A DNA stretch of 64,000 nt from Nitrososphaerales archaeon (GCA_965197925.1 CBDAOC010000019.1:416001-480000); one strand, 5' to 3'. Positions 10,244-20,697 are shown, counted from the stretch's first letter. The notes: generated by a model not told the origin, from the letters alone. Numbers and translations: made by a program.

Positions 10244-10428
10244 GCTTCCACCTCGGTTTTACGGTTCATTTGAGTGGCCTCATGATAGTCTACCTCTTTT
10301 CGTAAATCATGCTGAACCAATTGTGAAAAATTAGTAAATGGTTTGTTATGACCGCATATTTCATCACAATAAAATTTCAAACTTCTAGGAATTTTTATTG
10401 TGATCCAATCATCAGTTGTTTGTTTCAT
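10240..10428 (-). CDS. ribbon-helix-helix regulator
   Basis: WITIKIPRSL...FTNFSQLVQHDLRKEV. Confidence 0.7.
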   Translation of the reverse strand: MKQTTDDWITIKIPRSLKFYCDEICGHNKPFTNFSQLVQHDLRKEVDYHEATQMNRKTEVEA

Positions 10429-10537
10429 ATGTTATATATTACATATACATCTATTTATAGATTATGTAACATTTTGCATAAAATAGTTCAATAAAAAAAC
10501 ATATAAAATTAATAAACAAATATGTAAAGTTTAACAC

Positions 10538-10915
10538 ATGGTAGAATGGGAAACAGTGGCAATACCTAAATCGTTAGTAGAACAGATTGAAAAAATCATA
10601 AATTCAGAATATGGAGCAAAAATAGGCTTACGAAATAAAAATCAATTTGTGACAGATGCTGTTAAAAAACTAATTCAAGAATGTTCAGAACGCCTCAAGC
10701 ATATAAACATGTACGATGACCACGTAAAAATTATGGACAACAAGCTTGGTAAATTGGGCAGAATCGTATCGGTATACTTTAAAAAAGGAAATAATCCATG
10801 GTGCGACTACTGCGAGGAGCCAGACTGCATCCATGTCCAGTACGCATGGGAGATTGCAGGCGTGCGGAAGATTCTGGAAAAATATAGGTTTAGTCCTCCT
10901 CCGTCAAGGGTCTAA
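10538..10915 (+). CDS. RHH regulator with C-terminal CxxC...CxH zinc domain
   Basis: WETVAIPKSLVEQI...NQFVTDAVKKLI; WCDYCEEPDCIH. Confidence 0.8.
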   Translation: MVEWETVAIPKSLVEQIEKIINSEYGAKIGLRNKNQFVTDAVKKLIQECSERLKHINMYDDHVKIMDNKLGKLGRIVSVYFKKGNNPWCDYCEEPDCIHVQYAWEIAGVRKILEKYRFSPPPSRV

Positions 10916-11338
10916 CTTTCATTGGCGGATAGTTTGATTTTAGGTACATGATACATTCGCCCTAGGTTCCTGAATTTTTTGGATTACTTATTTCGTCTTT
11001 CCTTTTTGTTTGCCCTTTTTGGTTCCAGTATTATCTAGTGACCCCAATGAATTTACATACCGTGGCATGAATTGGCCAAACGCTGCGGCAAGCGGTCTGT
11101 TGGTCACCTTCCATTTGCGCATCCAGCGCTTGATATATTCAGGTGCATCTGACACACGCAATGGTGGTATATAGATACCTGTTGGTGCAGATTGATTGTT
11201 CTGAAGTTATCGGTATTAGTATCTCTGGAGAGCAGACCGCTGGTCATAGTACAAACAAGCTATGGTCATGCCGGCTCATTGAATGGAAAAGCCAGTGGTT
11301 CTAGTAGTTGGCAGTTCACAGAAAGAATACTGAATTGA

Positions 11339-11707
11339 TTATAGCGTTGTTATATTATCATGGATGTAAGCCAGGATTTCATGCCTGGGAAGGTTCTGCA
11401 TCCAGAGGGCGATGATCTTGACTGGAATTTTATGGGTTACCCCCTTGCGTTCTATTGTGATAGAAATGTTGTCCTCCGGGAACAACATGAATCTTTCCGC
11501 TTGCCTCTTGTATTGTCTTACAGCAAGATTTAATGTGCTTTCCAGCCACCTGTTATTTTTTTTGTACAGCTTGACCTTGCCGAAACAGCATACATACCGA
11601 TTCCCGGTTACGCTGACATGATGCCTGCAGTACTCACAGAATATTATATGCTTCCGGCGATCCCTGAAGCTTGATTTGATTTTTCTGCACTTAACCTAGA
11701 TGCTTAT
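11339..11707 (-). pseudogene. Cys-rich element protein (homologue of 42249-42620), early nonsense codon
   Basis: FCEYCRHH...VCCFGKV...; TAG where copy 2 has CAA. Confidence 0.7.
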
Positions 11708-12076
11708 TCCTGCTCACCCTTGGGAGCAAACATCTTCTTGATGCCCTTCTTGCCCTTTACATCATCGTACTCATAGCGCACCTTGGTCTGTGTCAGCTCC
11801 TTTATCAAGGCACCATTGATTGACTTGGTCGCAGTCAGTGACCTGATGAACAGGTTGTAATAATTTATTGCGAGATGTTTTAATTTGTATGGCAGTGCAT
11901 GAATCAATAACGGTATGTGTTCTATCTCAAAAACTGCCAGGGGAAGTGCATCAGTGCTTATCATTGAAGAGTAGAGTTGCCTCATAGGGTCGGGTAGTAA
12001 CTATCGCCCTGCCTGTTGCTCTCCTGTATAAGCTCCATCAACCGATCGCTGGACAATGGTTGATATTATACAGCAT
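11704..12076 (-). pseudogene. element protein (homologue of 42617-42997), frameshifted N-terminus
   Basis: RSLTATKSINGALIKELT shared with copy 2. Confidence 0.75.
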
Positions 12077-12159
12077 ATGGTTATGACGTTGAATTTTTTA
12101 CTTGAACAACCGCTCTGTTAATAGTTTATAGAGCGACCTACCAGCCCATATCATTCAGG

Positions 12160-12215
12160 ATGCCCAGCAGCGTCATGGTCCTCTCGCCGGAACGCTGTTG
12201 TTGTTGATCGCTCAT
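12160..12215 (-). pseudogene. 5' stub of the element ATPase (rest deleted in copy 1)
   Basis: MSDQQQQRSGERTMTLLGI matches the start at 44031. Confidence 0.7.
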
Positions 12216-12498
12216 AGTTCCATATCCTTGAATGTGTTCTGTAGGTATTCGCTGATCGTATCCTCGAGTTTTGGCAGCGCCTCGTTAGCCACTCCCATTG
12301 TGCGGTGCTCATTGATGACGGTCTTGTATTATCCCTGCTAGGTGGCCTGGGTAGTTCGCATCGTGCTGGTTTTGGCAGGACGCTGTTCATTGAGTTGATA
12401 CATAGCATAATATCATATACCTTCCCCTGCTGGATAGCGAATACTATACCCTGCCTGTATTGCTGTAATGCAGTAGTGAGTATCTGTAGTAAGCCCAT
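12212..12498 (-). pseudogene. element ORF1 (about 95 aa), 1-nt frameshift
   Basis: Restoring one G gives ...AQWEWANEALPKLEDTISEYLQNTFKDMEL* with an ATGA overlap onto the ATPase. Confidence 0.7.
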
Positions 12499-12682
12499 GG
12501 GGTAGTATAGGGAGGGGAGTATATGACGTTGAATTTCTAAAACAGTAATAATATACTATATGTATATAGGGACCTCGGTCCTTCGTATCGTCTGACTACC
12601 CCCCGAAAAATGTAAATATTATTGACTTAATACTTTACTTTTAATGCATCATAGTACAGCGCTAGCACAGCACTATTAGCAT

Positions 12683-12771
12683 AATTTAGGTAGCACACTT
12701 TTACGTAAAGGTGTGCTACCTAGTACACACCTTTTTGCAAAAGGTGTGCTACTAGGTGTGCTACCTAATTT
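12683..12771. repeat. tandem palindromes near the element right end (origin, packaging or recombination site candidate)
   Basis: TAGGTAGCACACTTTTACGTAAAGGTGTGCTACCTA followed by a second TGCA-centred palindrome; covaries with 44495-44569. Confidence 0.85.
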
Positions 12772-12907
12772 CAAAAACCGTGCTATTTTATGCCCTATTT
12801 TATGGTAAACATAAAATACCGTGCCTGTAAAATGCTAATAGTACTATTCTAGATCTGTTTCGGTATAAACAATTAGGCTATGATGTTAATTTTCGGATAA
12901 GCTCTTA

Positions 12908-13934
12908 TTTTAGGTGGCATGCCTCCTGTTCAAATTTCAATGACGCGGAATGGAATAAGGTCAGGGCTGGAGTATGTATTGGGGACGTAGTTTATGATTT
13001 TAAAAATGAACGGACATTATATCTAGGAACAGTTGATGAAGGAGGGCGAAGAGAGAAGAGTCTATTCATTCTTAACGGATCACATCATCGCAGTCATCAT
13101 AAATCTAATATGAAAAGTGAGAGTCTTATGTTTATAGACGATGAAGGAGTGTATACACCGGCAACAATCGGAAAATCTTTGAAGCACTATGTTCCCACCA
13201 TACATGCGGCTTTTGTGTTTGAGCCAATATTGGATTTAGAGGAAGATTTAGGATTTAAAATATTGAAGAAAATACCGCAAGGAAGCAAGGTTCATAGAAT
13301 TGTAATAATGGATGGTGCCAATAAGTTAGGTGTTAGGGAAACTTTTTCCCCTAAAGAGATAACACTACAGGAAGGAGACGTTGTTGAGTGGACCAGCAAA
13401 GAAAAAATATCTGCTCATGTCTTGATGAGCGGATCACATAGCAATTGGAAAAGCATGGGAAAGACCTTCATAAGTCCTATGATAAAGCCGGAAGGAGTGT
13501 TTAGATGGCAATTTAACACATTTGGTGAGTTTCGATATTGTAGCGCTACCTACAAGCATGTAGAAGGTAAGATTATAGTTAAACATGTAACTGTAATTCC
13601 ACCTCCGGGAAAAGCTGCTATTTCTATAGCGATAAAGATGACCAAGAAATTAACCCTATTGGCAGTCAAAAACAATGATGAATTCCCAATTTATGGTCTT
13701 GAGTTAAAATCTACCAATGGTGGTATAAGGCATGTTAAAGCAAGAGCCAAAGGCTGGGGGAGAAGAAGGGTGGACCCGAATACCGTGATTATACAAACAG
13801 ATGACGAACCTATAACCAAAGGGAGAAGGTTGATAGTTTTGCTATTACCAAGCGGAAAAATTGCAGATTTGGAATGGAAAGCTTTTGACTCAGGAAATAA
13901 CAATATTGCTACTGGAGTATTACCTGCAGAATGA
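12908..13934 (+). pseudogene. cupredoxin-like domain protein, 3' part (reconstructed gene about 374 aa)
   Basis: FSPKEITLQEGDVVEW...F.SP...FNTFGEFRYC...GKIIV; frame is open from the IS junction. Confidence 0.75.
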
Positions 13935-14334
13935 TAGAAATTACTAGACTGGCATAGACGTCGTCATATATTCTCAGTATAGGTGGCTGTCATTCAATTG
14001 AGAGGGATAATTTGTGATGAAAGAAGTCCTTTAACAATTAGTGACTATCAAGATAGGTAATCACTAGAGTATATACTTTCAAACTTCTTTTCTAGCAGTA
14101 AGGCGGTCTACCTTTTCTTCTATGAACTCTACGTTTCTAACAGCCCCCATTTCCTATATTTATTTTCTGACTTCCCGTATCTCTTAAAAGTGCCCAATTA
14201 AAATAACCCAAAGAGTCATAAATTCAGTATTGTTACATTAATTCCCCTTAGGACAGCTAGATTAAATCAAAAGACTTTAAGAACATAAGGATTGTTTTGA
14301 AAACAATCTTAAATACGAATCCACAAGTTCCATT

Positions 14335-15108
14335 ATGCACACAGAACTAATCCCAATCAAAATAGATTTGAAGGAAAATGTGTTTGATTTGTTTGAAACT
14401 ATAGTGCAGAGCATAAAACAAAGTGGCGATCAGATATGTGACAGAGATATCATTGTTATATCAAGCAAATTTGTAGCTGTGAGTCAAGGATCTGTTGTTA
14501 AATTGAGTTCAGTAATTCCCAGTGAAAGGGCAGATCGGATGGCTGAAAAATTTACAATGGATCCTAGAGTTGTAGAGATTGTATTGCAGGAATCAGATAC
14601 TATCCTCAATGGTATCGAAGGTTTCATACTCGCGGTCAAAGATGGTGTTATTGCCCCAAATGCAGGAATTGATAGATCCAATGTTCAACAAGGTCATGTC
14701 GTACTACACCCTAGAGATCCATTCAATATGGCACGAACGTTGAGAAGGAAGTTTTTTGAGAATTTGGGCAAACATGTTGGTATAGTATTATCAGACAGTA
14801 GATTAATGCCTATGCGAATTGGAACGATCGGTATTGCAGTTGCAGTTGCAGGTTTTGAACCAACTCAAGATTTACGCGGTAAGGAAGATCTGTTTGGCAA
14901 TATTCTAAGAGTGACACTCAAAGCCACGGCTGACAGCATTGCAACTTCAGCAAATATGATTATGGGAGAAAGTAGTGAATCTATTCCTTTGGTAATAGTG
15001 AGAAATTTCAAAGTGAAGATGAGTGATAACTCCTATTGCTGGAAGGATCTTGCCATATCGAACGAACAATGTATTTATATCAGGGGATTGAGTAGGGGTG
15101 AGAATTGA
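14335..15108 (+). CDS. cofE: coenzyme F420-0:L-glutamate ligase
   Basis: SSKFVA, APNAGIDRSN, DLRGKEDLFG and MGE motifs. Confidence 0.93.
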   Translation: MHTELIPIKIDLKENVFDLFETIVQSIKQSGDQICDRDIIVISSKFVAVSQGSVVKLSSVIPSERADRMAEKFTMDPRVVEIVLQESDTILNGIEGFILAVKDGVIAPNAGIDRSNVQQGHVVLHPRDPFNMARTLRRKFFENLGKHVGIVLSDSRLMPMRIGTIGIAVAVAGFEPTQDLRGKEDLFGNILRVTLKATADSIATSANMIMGESSESIPLVIVRNFKVKMSDNSYCWKDLAISNEQCIYIRGLSRGEN

Positions 15109-15186
15109 TTTGAGGCCATACTTATTATGCCAGGTATCATATAATACAGGCACAGCATTTTAATATGCCAATAAAGTAGGCTGGAT

Positions 15187-15738
15187 ATGAGTGATTATTC
15201 GTTACTGTATCCCAAGACAGTAGGATTGATGAAAGGACTTATTGATCTGATTAAGAATGATGAGGTGCATATGGAATCTTTGAACTTGATTGTAAGGAAG
15301 AAAGCTGAAGATATAGTACGTATCTTACTATCTGAGGGGTTTCATAGACTCAAATTCTGCGAAAGCAAAAAACCGATGCAAATAGGAAGTGGTTTTACAA
15401 AGATGTTAGATAGAACTTGGGAAATACACGTGAGACTGATTGATATGAAGGAGGGTCTTGTTGCAATTCAGGGAGAAATAGAAATTTCCAGAAGATATGT
15501 CCAACACGTAGTTAGTAGCAGAACTCCGGTAATATATGAACTTGTTAATATATTGAAGAAAAATAGCATTGATTACAGTATATGGAATAATAAGATAAAT
15601 GATTATGTTGCAAACATTTTTGATAACCATCAGATAAAAATGAAAGGTATACAAGTTCCAGTCCCGTGGATACCTGTATGTGTAATTTTCCCTTCTATAG
15701 GCTTATGGTTTCTGCTTAAGTACCTAGGTGTGTTTTAG
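15187..15738 (+). CDS. hypothetical protein with C-terminal TM helix
   Basis: 183-aa ORF, host-like composition. Confidence 0.8.
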   Translation: MSDYSLLYPKTVGLMKGLIDLIKNDEVHMESLNLIVRKKAEDIVRILLSEGFHRLKFCESKKPMQIGSGFTKMLDRTWEIHVRLIDMKEGLVAIQGEIEISRRYVQHVVSSRTPVIYELVNILKKNSIDYSIWNNKINDYVANIFDNHQIKMKGIQVPVPWIPVCVIFPSIGLWFLLKYLGVF

Positions 15739-15775
15739 AGAAGACTCATAACGTAAGCACCCATTTTACTTTGTA

Positions 15776-16303
15776 TTGAGCGAATGCGGTGGATCTATTA
15801 TTATGCAATATTCAGGTTTATCATTGGGAGAAATTGAAGTACTCTTCACTATGCTGCAAGATACCTTCCCCGTTAGTGATCAAATTGAAGAAATATCTGA
15901 TGAAAGAAATGTGAGCGAGGTCAAACTTTCCTTCCCACTGTCATATAACGAGGAATTCTTCAGAATGTTTGGGATAGACAGATGGGAGGGGCTCAAGGGA
16001 GTTTTGAAAAATATTAAATGGCGTAGAGGAAAGAAACCTATAAAACTCGTATTAAGCTTTGGAAGTAACCCAACAGTGTTATTTGTTATTTGTACTGATA
16101 ATAACAAAATGTTTGGGAAGGCGTTAGATACTCTAGAATATCTTGTAGATTTAATACTATTACAGATAGATGCAAAAAAATTGCCCTCGAACACGAAAGA
16201 GATACATTATAAGTGTGATAAAAATGATTATAGATGGCACCCAAATAAGGCGATAGGTGACAAGGAATATATCTTTCTCAGAGATGAATGGACTCAAATG
16301 TAG
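15776..16303 (+). CDS. hypothetical protein
   Basis: 175-aa ORF co-oriented with the previous gene. Confidence 0.8.
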   Translation: MSECGGSIIMQYSGLSLGEIEVLFTMLQDTFPVSDQIEEISDERNVSEVKLSFPLSYNEEFFRMFGIDRWEGLKGVLKNIKWRRGKKPIKLVLSFGSNPTVLFVICTDNNKMFGKALDTLEYLVDLILLQIDAKKLPSNTKEIHYKCDKNDYRWHPNKAIGDKEYIFLRDEWTQM

Positions 16304-16559
16304 TTTCGAAAACTTTGTTTATATTTCTTATTAATCTTCCTGGATTCAATTGTTATTTTATACGGATAATCTATTCTCAATCGATACATTTGTTAGGAAA
16401 TAACTTACTGAAACTTTAGGAATCTTCTTTAGGGTTCTTACTACCAAATATTTCAGGAAACAAAACTATTGGATGCAAGCAAGATAACAATGTATTTCGT
16501 GAGCAGTTTGGAACTAAAGTCGAAACATGGGAGAAAAGTTTATGGTTGTTTAAATAATT

Positions 16560-18533
16560 GAGGCTTGGGCATAATTCAATAATAATAATATTTGATATTG
16601 TTTCTTTAGCTTCCCAACATGTGCTTCAATGCCCTTAATGGTCTTCCTGTCAAGTAGTTGTAGTATACCATCAGCTGGTATAGCAATATAGAAATCAGAA
16701 CGATGCTCCTAGCTTTATCGAACCCTCTAACAGGTAGTGGGTCTATATCAAATACATCCTTTATCTACTCTATCAATGGTTCAACGCTTATGCTCCTCCG
16801 AGAATATACATGCTGTCCAAATTCAGATTGATAGAACTGCAGCAATGCCAGTCTATTATTATCTGTAGAAGTCATCCCAATACTCTCCAATACATCATAA
16901 TCGACGAAATGATAACAAATGCCAGATAGTTTTGTGCATTCTTCTCATATCTGATCCTGGTTCTGTGGAACCCATTCTTCAACCAGGCAAAGAATCTCTC
17001 CACAACATAGCGCGTCTTGCCGTATAGGTATTGTTCTGTATCATCATTTTGTTGTTGTGTCTTACTGTTTTTTCTGTAAGGTATGCAGTCAGAGATTTTT
17101 CTTTTGGTGAGGTATTTCCTGATGAATTCTGCATCATAGCCCTTGTCTGCTTGGCACCGCGCAATTTTTCTGATAGATCTCTCATCCAGATATTGTGAGA
17201 TGCCATCCATCACGTCTACAAATCTTGCAGAGTCATGCTGATTTGCAGGATCCATCACTACTGAGACTGGCAGTCCGTTTTGTTCCACCGCAACGTGTAT
17301 TTTTGTGCCTGAAATCCTGTTGAATCCGTTGTATCTTATGACGCTTCCCCTTTTTTGGCCGGAACTGATGACGAATCGACCGTTTTTTGCAGCTGCATCT
17401 TGCCTGATCTGTGGGCTGATTTGACTGCAGCGGAGAGGATATTCTTCCATATTCCACGTCGCTGCCAGTTCTGCAGTCTGCGGTGCGCAGTTGATTTGGA
17501 GCCGTACCTTTGTGACATCCCAGTCCACCTGCATCCTGTTATCCCGACAAACAGGATTCCGTTGACTGTCTTTCTGTCGTCTGCCCTTGGCCTTCCGGTT
17601 CTGGCTGGCTTGGGGAGATGCGGTGATATCATCTTCCATTGTTCACCTGTTATCTCCTGAAATTTCATGATCTGCTACGGGCAGCATTGCAAATAGATCC
17701 AAATGATCGTCAATTATTCACTAAGTGATCAGTTTTGGGATCAGTTGGTAGTATGCCTATACCTTTCCAATGGGAATACTGGATGCCCTCTATACCTGCT
17801 GAAATCACATAACTTGTGATCATCATATCCTTCATCTCCTACAACATACCTTACCATTCCTGTAGGCAATGAAGATGTTATGCTTTCATACATCTTGTTA
17901 TCAGTAATGTTAGCTGTTGTGAAATCAGCTGATAATGGAACTATCAATGAACCTGTGCTACATGCTAGATGCAGTTTGTATCCGAATATCCATCCCTTGG
18001 TTCTGCTGTAGCCCCATCGAGCATCTGTATCTATACCGGAGCGTGGCACTTCATTCTTCTTCATGTTTGATCTATGCCATACATGTCCCTTTGCTTTCAA
18101 CAAGGAACTATCAACGGATACTATGGCTGGGTCTACCAACCCATCTTTTATGAAGAGCATACCCATAACATCTATCCTTGATCTTATGTCAATTGATATG
18201 GCCTTGAACCTTCTATCAAACGTCCTTCTGTCTGGCAACCTATCAAGACCACATGCCTTCATTACCTTCCTGTTGTATGGCATGTCTATCGAAAAATATT
18301 GATGCAAAGCATTGTTGCTTGGTATTCTTATCCATACTCTAACGATGAAGCATCTCACCATTACTGTAGGAGAATAGTAGAATGGTCTACCCCTTTTCCT
18401 ATTTGGTTTTGACTAGAATCACGTCAATCAAAAATAATATACGAAGGAGTATAGAGTCTGAGCTAAACATATTACCAATGAAAATTGAAACCTGATCTTA
18501 TCGTTTCGATCGGCTTAATTATGCCCAAGCCTC
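16560..18533 (-). mobile_element. DDE_Tnp_1-type (IS982/IS1182-like) IS copy 1, interrupted by an IS5 element
   Basis: TIRs GAGGCTTGGGCATAATT; DARWGYSRTKGWIFGYKLH and GDEGYD; homologous to 51913-52999. Confidence 0.9.
16868..17747 (-). mobile_element. IS5-family (IS427-like) element with two-ORF transposase (16872-17668)
   Basis: TIRs CAACTGATCCCAAAAC / GAAGTCATCCCAATAC; GTA duplication at 16865-16867 and 17748-17750; AAAAAAGGGG slippery site; ADKGYD. Confidence 0.9.
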
Positions 18534-18563
18534 AATTATTTAAAAGTAATAAATTTTTTGATG

Positions 18564-19376
18564 CTATATCCTTATATCAATATTGTTCATTTGAAGATAT
18601 TCCTTTACCTGTGAGACTGTATATCTTTCATAATGAAAGATAGATGCTGCCAATGCTGCATCTGCATCTCCCCTATTGAACACATCGAGTATATGCTTTG
18701 GTTCACCACATCCACCCGATGCTATTACAGGTATATTGACAGCATTGCTTATCGATTTAGTTAAATCCACATCATAACCATTATTTGTACCATCTGTATC
18801 GATACTTGTTAACAATATCTCTCCTGCACCCAACTGTTCTGCTTTTCTTGCCCAGGTAATCGCATCAATCCCTGTTGATTTCTTTCCACCAAAGATGTAA
18901 ACTTCATACCAGAACTTCTTTCGGCTTCCCTTCTTAATGTTCTTCTTATTAAAATCAACTAATGTACGCTTCGCATCAATAGCAACAACTACACACTGTT
19001 TTCCAAAAATTTTCTGTAATTTGGTAATTAAATCAGGATTACTGACAGCTGCAGTGTTTATTGATACTTTGTCCGCTCCCCGAAGTAGAATATTTCTACC
19101 ATCTTCCATATTGCTTATTCCACCTCCTACAGTGAACGGAATATCTATCACTGTAGCAACTTCTTTCACAATATTCCACATTATCTTCCTCCGCTGTTCA
19201 GAGGCAGTTATATCCAAAAAAACAAGTTCATCTGCACCTTCCTCACTATAGCGTCTTGCAAGCTGGACGGGGTCTCCACTATCCTTTGGATTATTGAAAT
19301 GAATCCCTTTCACAACTCTCCCATTGTCCACGTCTAAACATGGGATTATTCTTTTTGCTAAGGTCATAATTTTCAC
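18564..19376 (-). CDS. hisF: imidazole glycerol phosphate synthase cyclase subunit
   Basis: [30 protein letters not shown]. Confidence 0.97.
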   Translation of the reverse strand: MKIMTLAKRIIPCLDVDNGRVVKGIHFNNPKDSGDPVQLARRYSEEGADELVFLDITASEQRRKIMWNIVKEVATVIDIPFTVGGGISNMEDGRNILLRGADKVSINTAAVSNPDLITKLQKIFGKQCVVVAIDAKRTLVDFNKKNIKKGSRKKFWYEVYIFGGKKSTGIDAITWARKAEQLGAGEILLTSIDTDGTNNGYDVDLTKSISNAVNIPVIASGGCGEPKHILDVFNRGDADAALAASIFHYERYTVSQVKEYLQMNNIDIRI

Positions 19377-20104
19377 ATAGTGTTGCTATTAGTTATAGCC
19401 CTAATGCTCTTAATGTTTATCTTTCCATCATAAAGTGCTTTACCAAGTATTACTGCATAAGCACCCATTTTCTTCACTTTTATTATATCTTCGTCCTCCG
19501 AGATACCACCGCTAGCAATAATATTTACATTTTTGAAACTACATGCTTTATTCAGTATATCAAAATCTGGGCCCAACAACATACCGTCTCTTTCTATGCT
19601 TGTGAGTAGAAAGTAATTTACACCAATTTCGTTGTATTTTTTAATTGCATCAAAAATGTTGATACAGGCCGAATTCCTCCAACCATTTATCATTACCATA
19701 TTGTCTTTTTGATCTATAGCGAGAACTATTCTATCACTCCCAAACTCTATTGTAAGTTTTTCAACTATTCTTGGATCCTTATATGCTAGTGTACCTATCA
19801 CGATCTTATCTACAACCTTCAACAATTTTTGAGCAAGTTCAAAACTTCTAATTCCACCTGCAAACTGAACAGGTATGTTGACCTTTTCAATTATTTTGTT
19901 CGCCACTTCAAGATTATTACCACTCGTTAGGGTCGCATCCAGATCTACTATATGCAATGATTGGATCCCCTCTCTCTCCCACTTCTCCGCAATGCCTATT
20001 GGATCATTGCTGTATACTACTTTTTTGTTAGGATTCCCCTTTGCAAGCCTAACAACCTTTCCCTCAAACAAGTCAATTGCAGCAAATACCTTCAGGTTTA
20101 GCAC
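19373..20104 (-). CDS. hisA: ProFAR isomerase
   Basis: AAIDLFEGKVVRL, LHIVDLD, GGIRS. Confidence 0.95.
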   Translation of the reverse strand: MLNLKVFAAIDLFEGKVVRLAKGNPNKKVVYSNDPIGIAEKWEREGIQSLHIVDLDATLTSGNNLEVANKIIEKVNIPVQFAGGIRSFELAQKLLKVVDKIVIGTLAYKDPRIVEKLTIEFGSDRIVLAIDQKDNMVMINGWRNSACINIFDAIKKYNEIGVNYFLLTSIERDGMLLGPDFDILNKACSFKNVNIIASGGISEDEDIIKVKKMGAYAVILGKALYDGKINIKSIRAITNSNTM

Positions 20105-20697
20105 TCTCGTAAAAAGTTTTTCAACATTAACGCACCAGCCCTACTAGATTTTTCAGGGTGAAATTGCGTGCCAAAGAAATTCTCAAATTCTATTACTGCT
20201 GGAAACTCTATTCCATATTCAGACTCTGCAACTATAACCTTGCTGTTTCTTGGCTTAACATAGTAAGAGTGCACGAAGTAGAACCAATTGTTGTCATTCA
20301 AACCTTTTAGTAGTCTACTATCTTTAACTAGCCTGATCTTATTCCATCCCATATGAGGTATTTTCTTTTTCTTAGGTAACAATACCACTTCACCATCAAG
20401 TATGCTCAAACCCTTCATCCTACCTTCTTCGCTTTCATTAAAAATTATTTCCATACCCAAGCAAATACCTAAGATAGGGATACTATCTTTAATTATACCA
20501 TGAATTTGCTTCGTATAATTCCTTATACTCTTTATAGCGGGATCAAAAGTACCAACCCCTGGTAAAATCAACCCGTTGAATTTATTTAGATCTAGAATCT
20601 CATGTATTATTTGTACTTCTGCATTTAGTCGTTCGAGTGCAACTTTGAGACTGAATAGATTACCAGATCCGAAATCAAATATCGCTACATTGACCAA
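20098..20697 (-). CDS. hisH: imidazole glycerol phosphate synthase glutaminase subunit
   Basis: LPGVG, GICLG, PHMGWN, QFHPEKS. Confidence 0.97.
   Translation of the reverse strand: MVNVAIFDFGSGNLFSLKVALERLNAEVQIIHEILDLNKFNGLILPGVGTFDPAIKSIRNYTKQIHGIIKDSIPILGICLGMEIIFNESEEGRMKGLSILDGEVVLLPKKKKIPHMGWNKIRLVKDSRLLKGLNDNNWFYFVHSYYVKPRNSKVIVAESEYGIEFPAVIEFENFFGTQFHPEKSSRAGALMLKNFLREC

Larger units (their letters stand above)
2977..12853. mobile_element. tyrosine-recombinase integrative element, copy 1 (core about 8408-12847 plus cargo and IS debris)
   Basis: TCTAGA direct repeats at 2971-2976 and 12848-12853; removal restores IS5 copy A exactly; contains the integrase. Confidence 0.8.
1988..12904 (-). 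mobile_element. IS5-family element copy A, split by a 9.9 kb insertion (body 1988-2976, left end 12854-12904)
   Basis: Near-identical to 62279-63322; TIRs GAGCCTATCCTAAAATT and AATTTTCGGATAAGCTC; TTA duplication at 1985-1987 and 12905-12907. Confidence 0.9.

Noticed and set aside
10940..11335. Extra gene present only in copy 1
   Set aside because: The minus-strand frame (APTGIYIPPLRV...KGKTK) has upstream stops and no start; at most a decayed relic.
12540..12847. Bridge-RNA-like guide specifying the integration target
   Set aside because: I found no segment matching the target flanks in either copy; only self-complementarity is visible.
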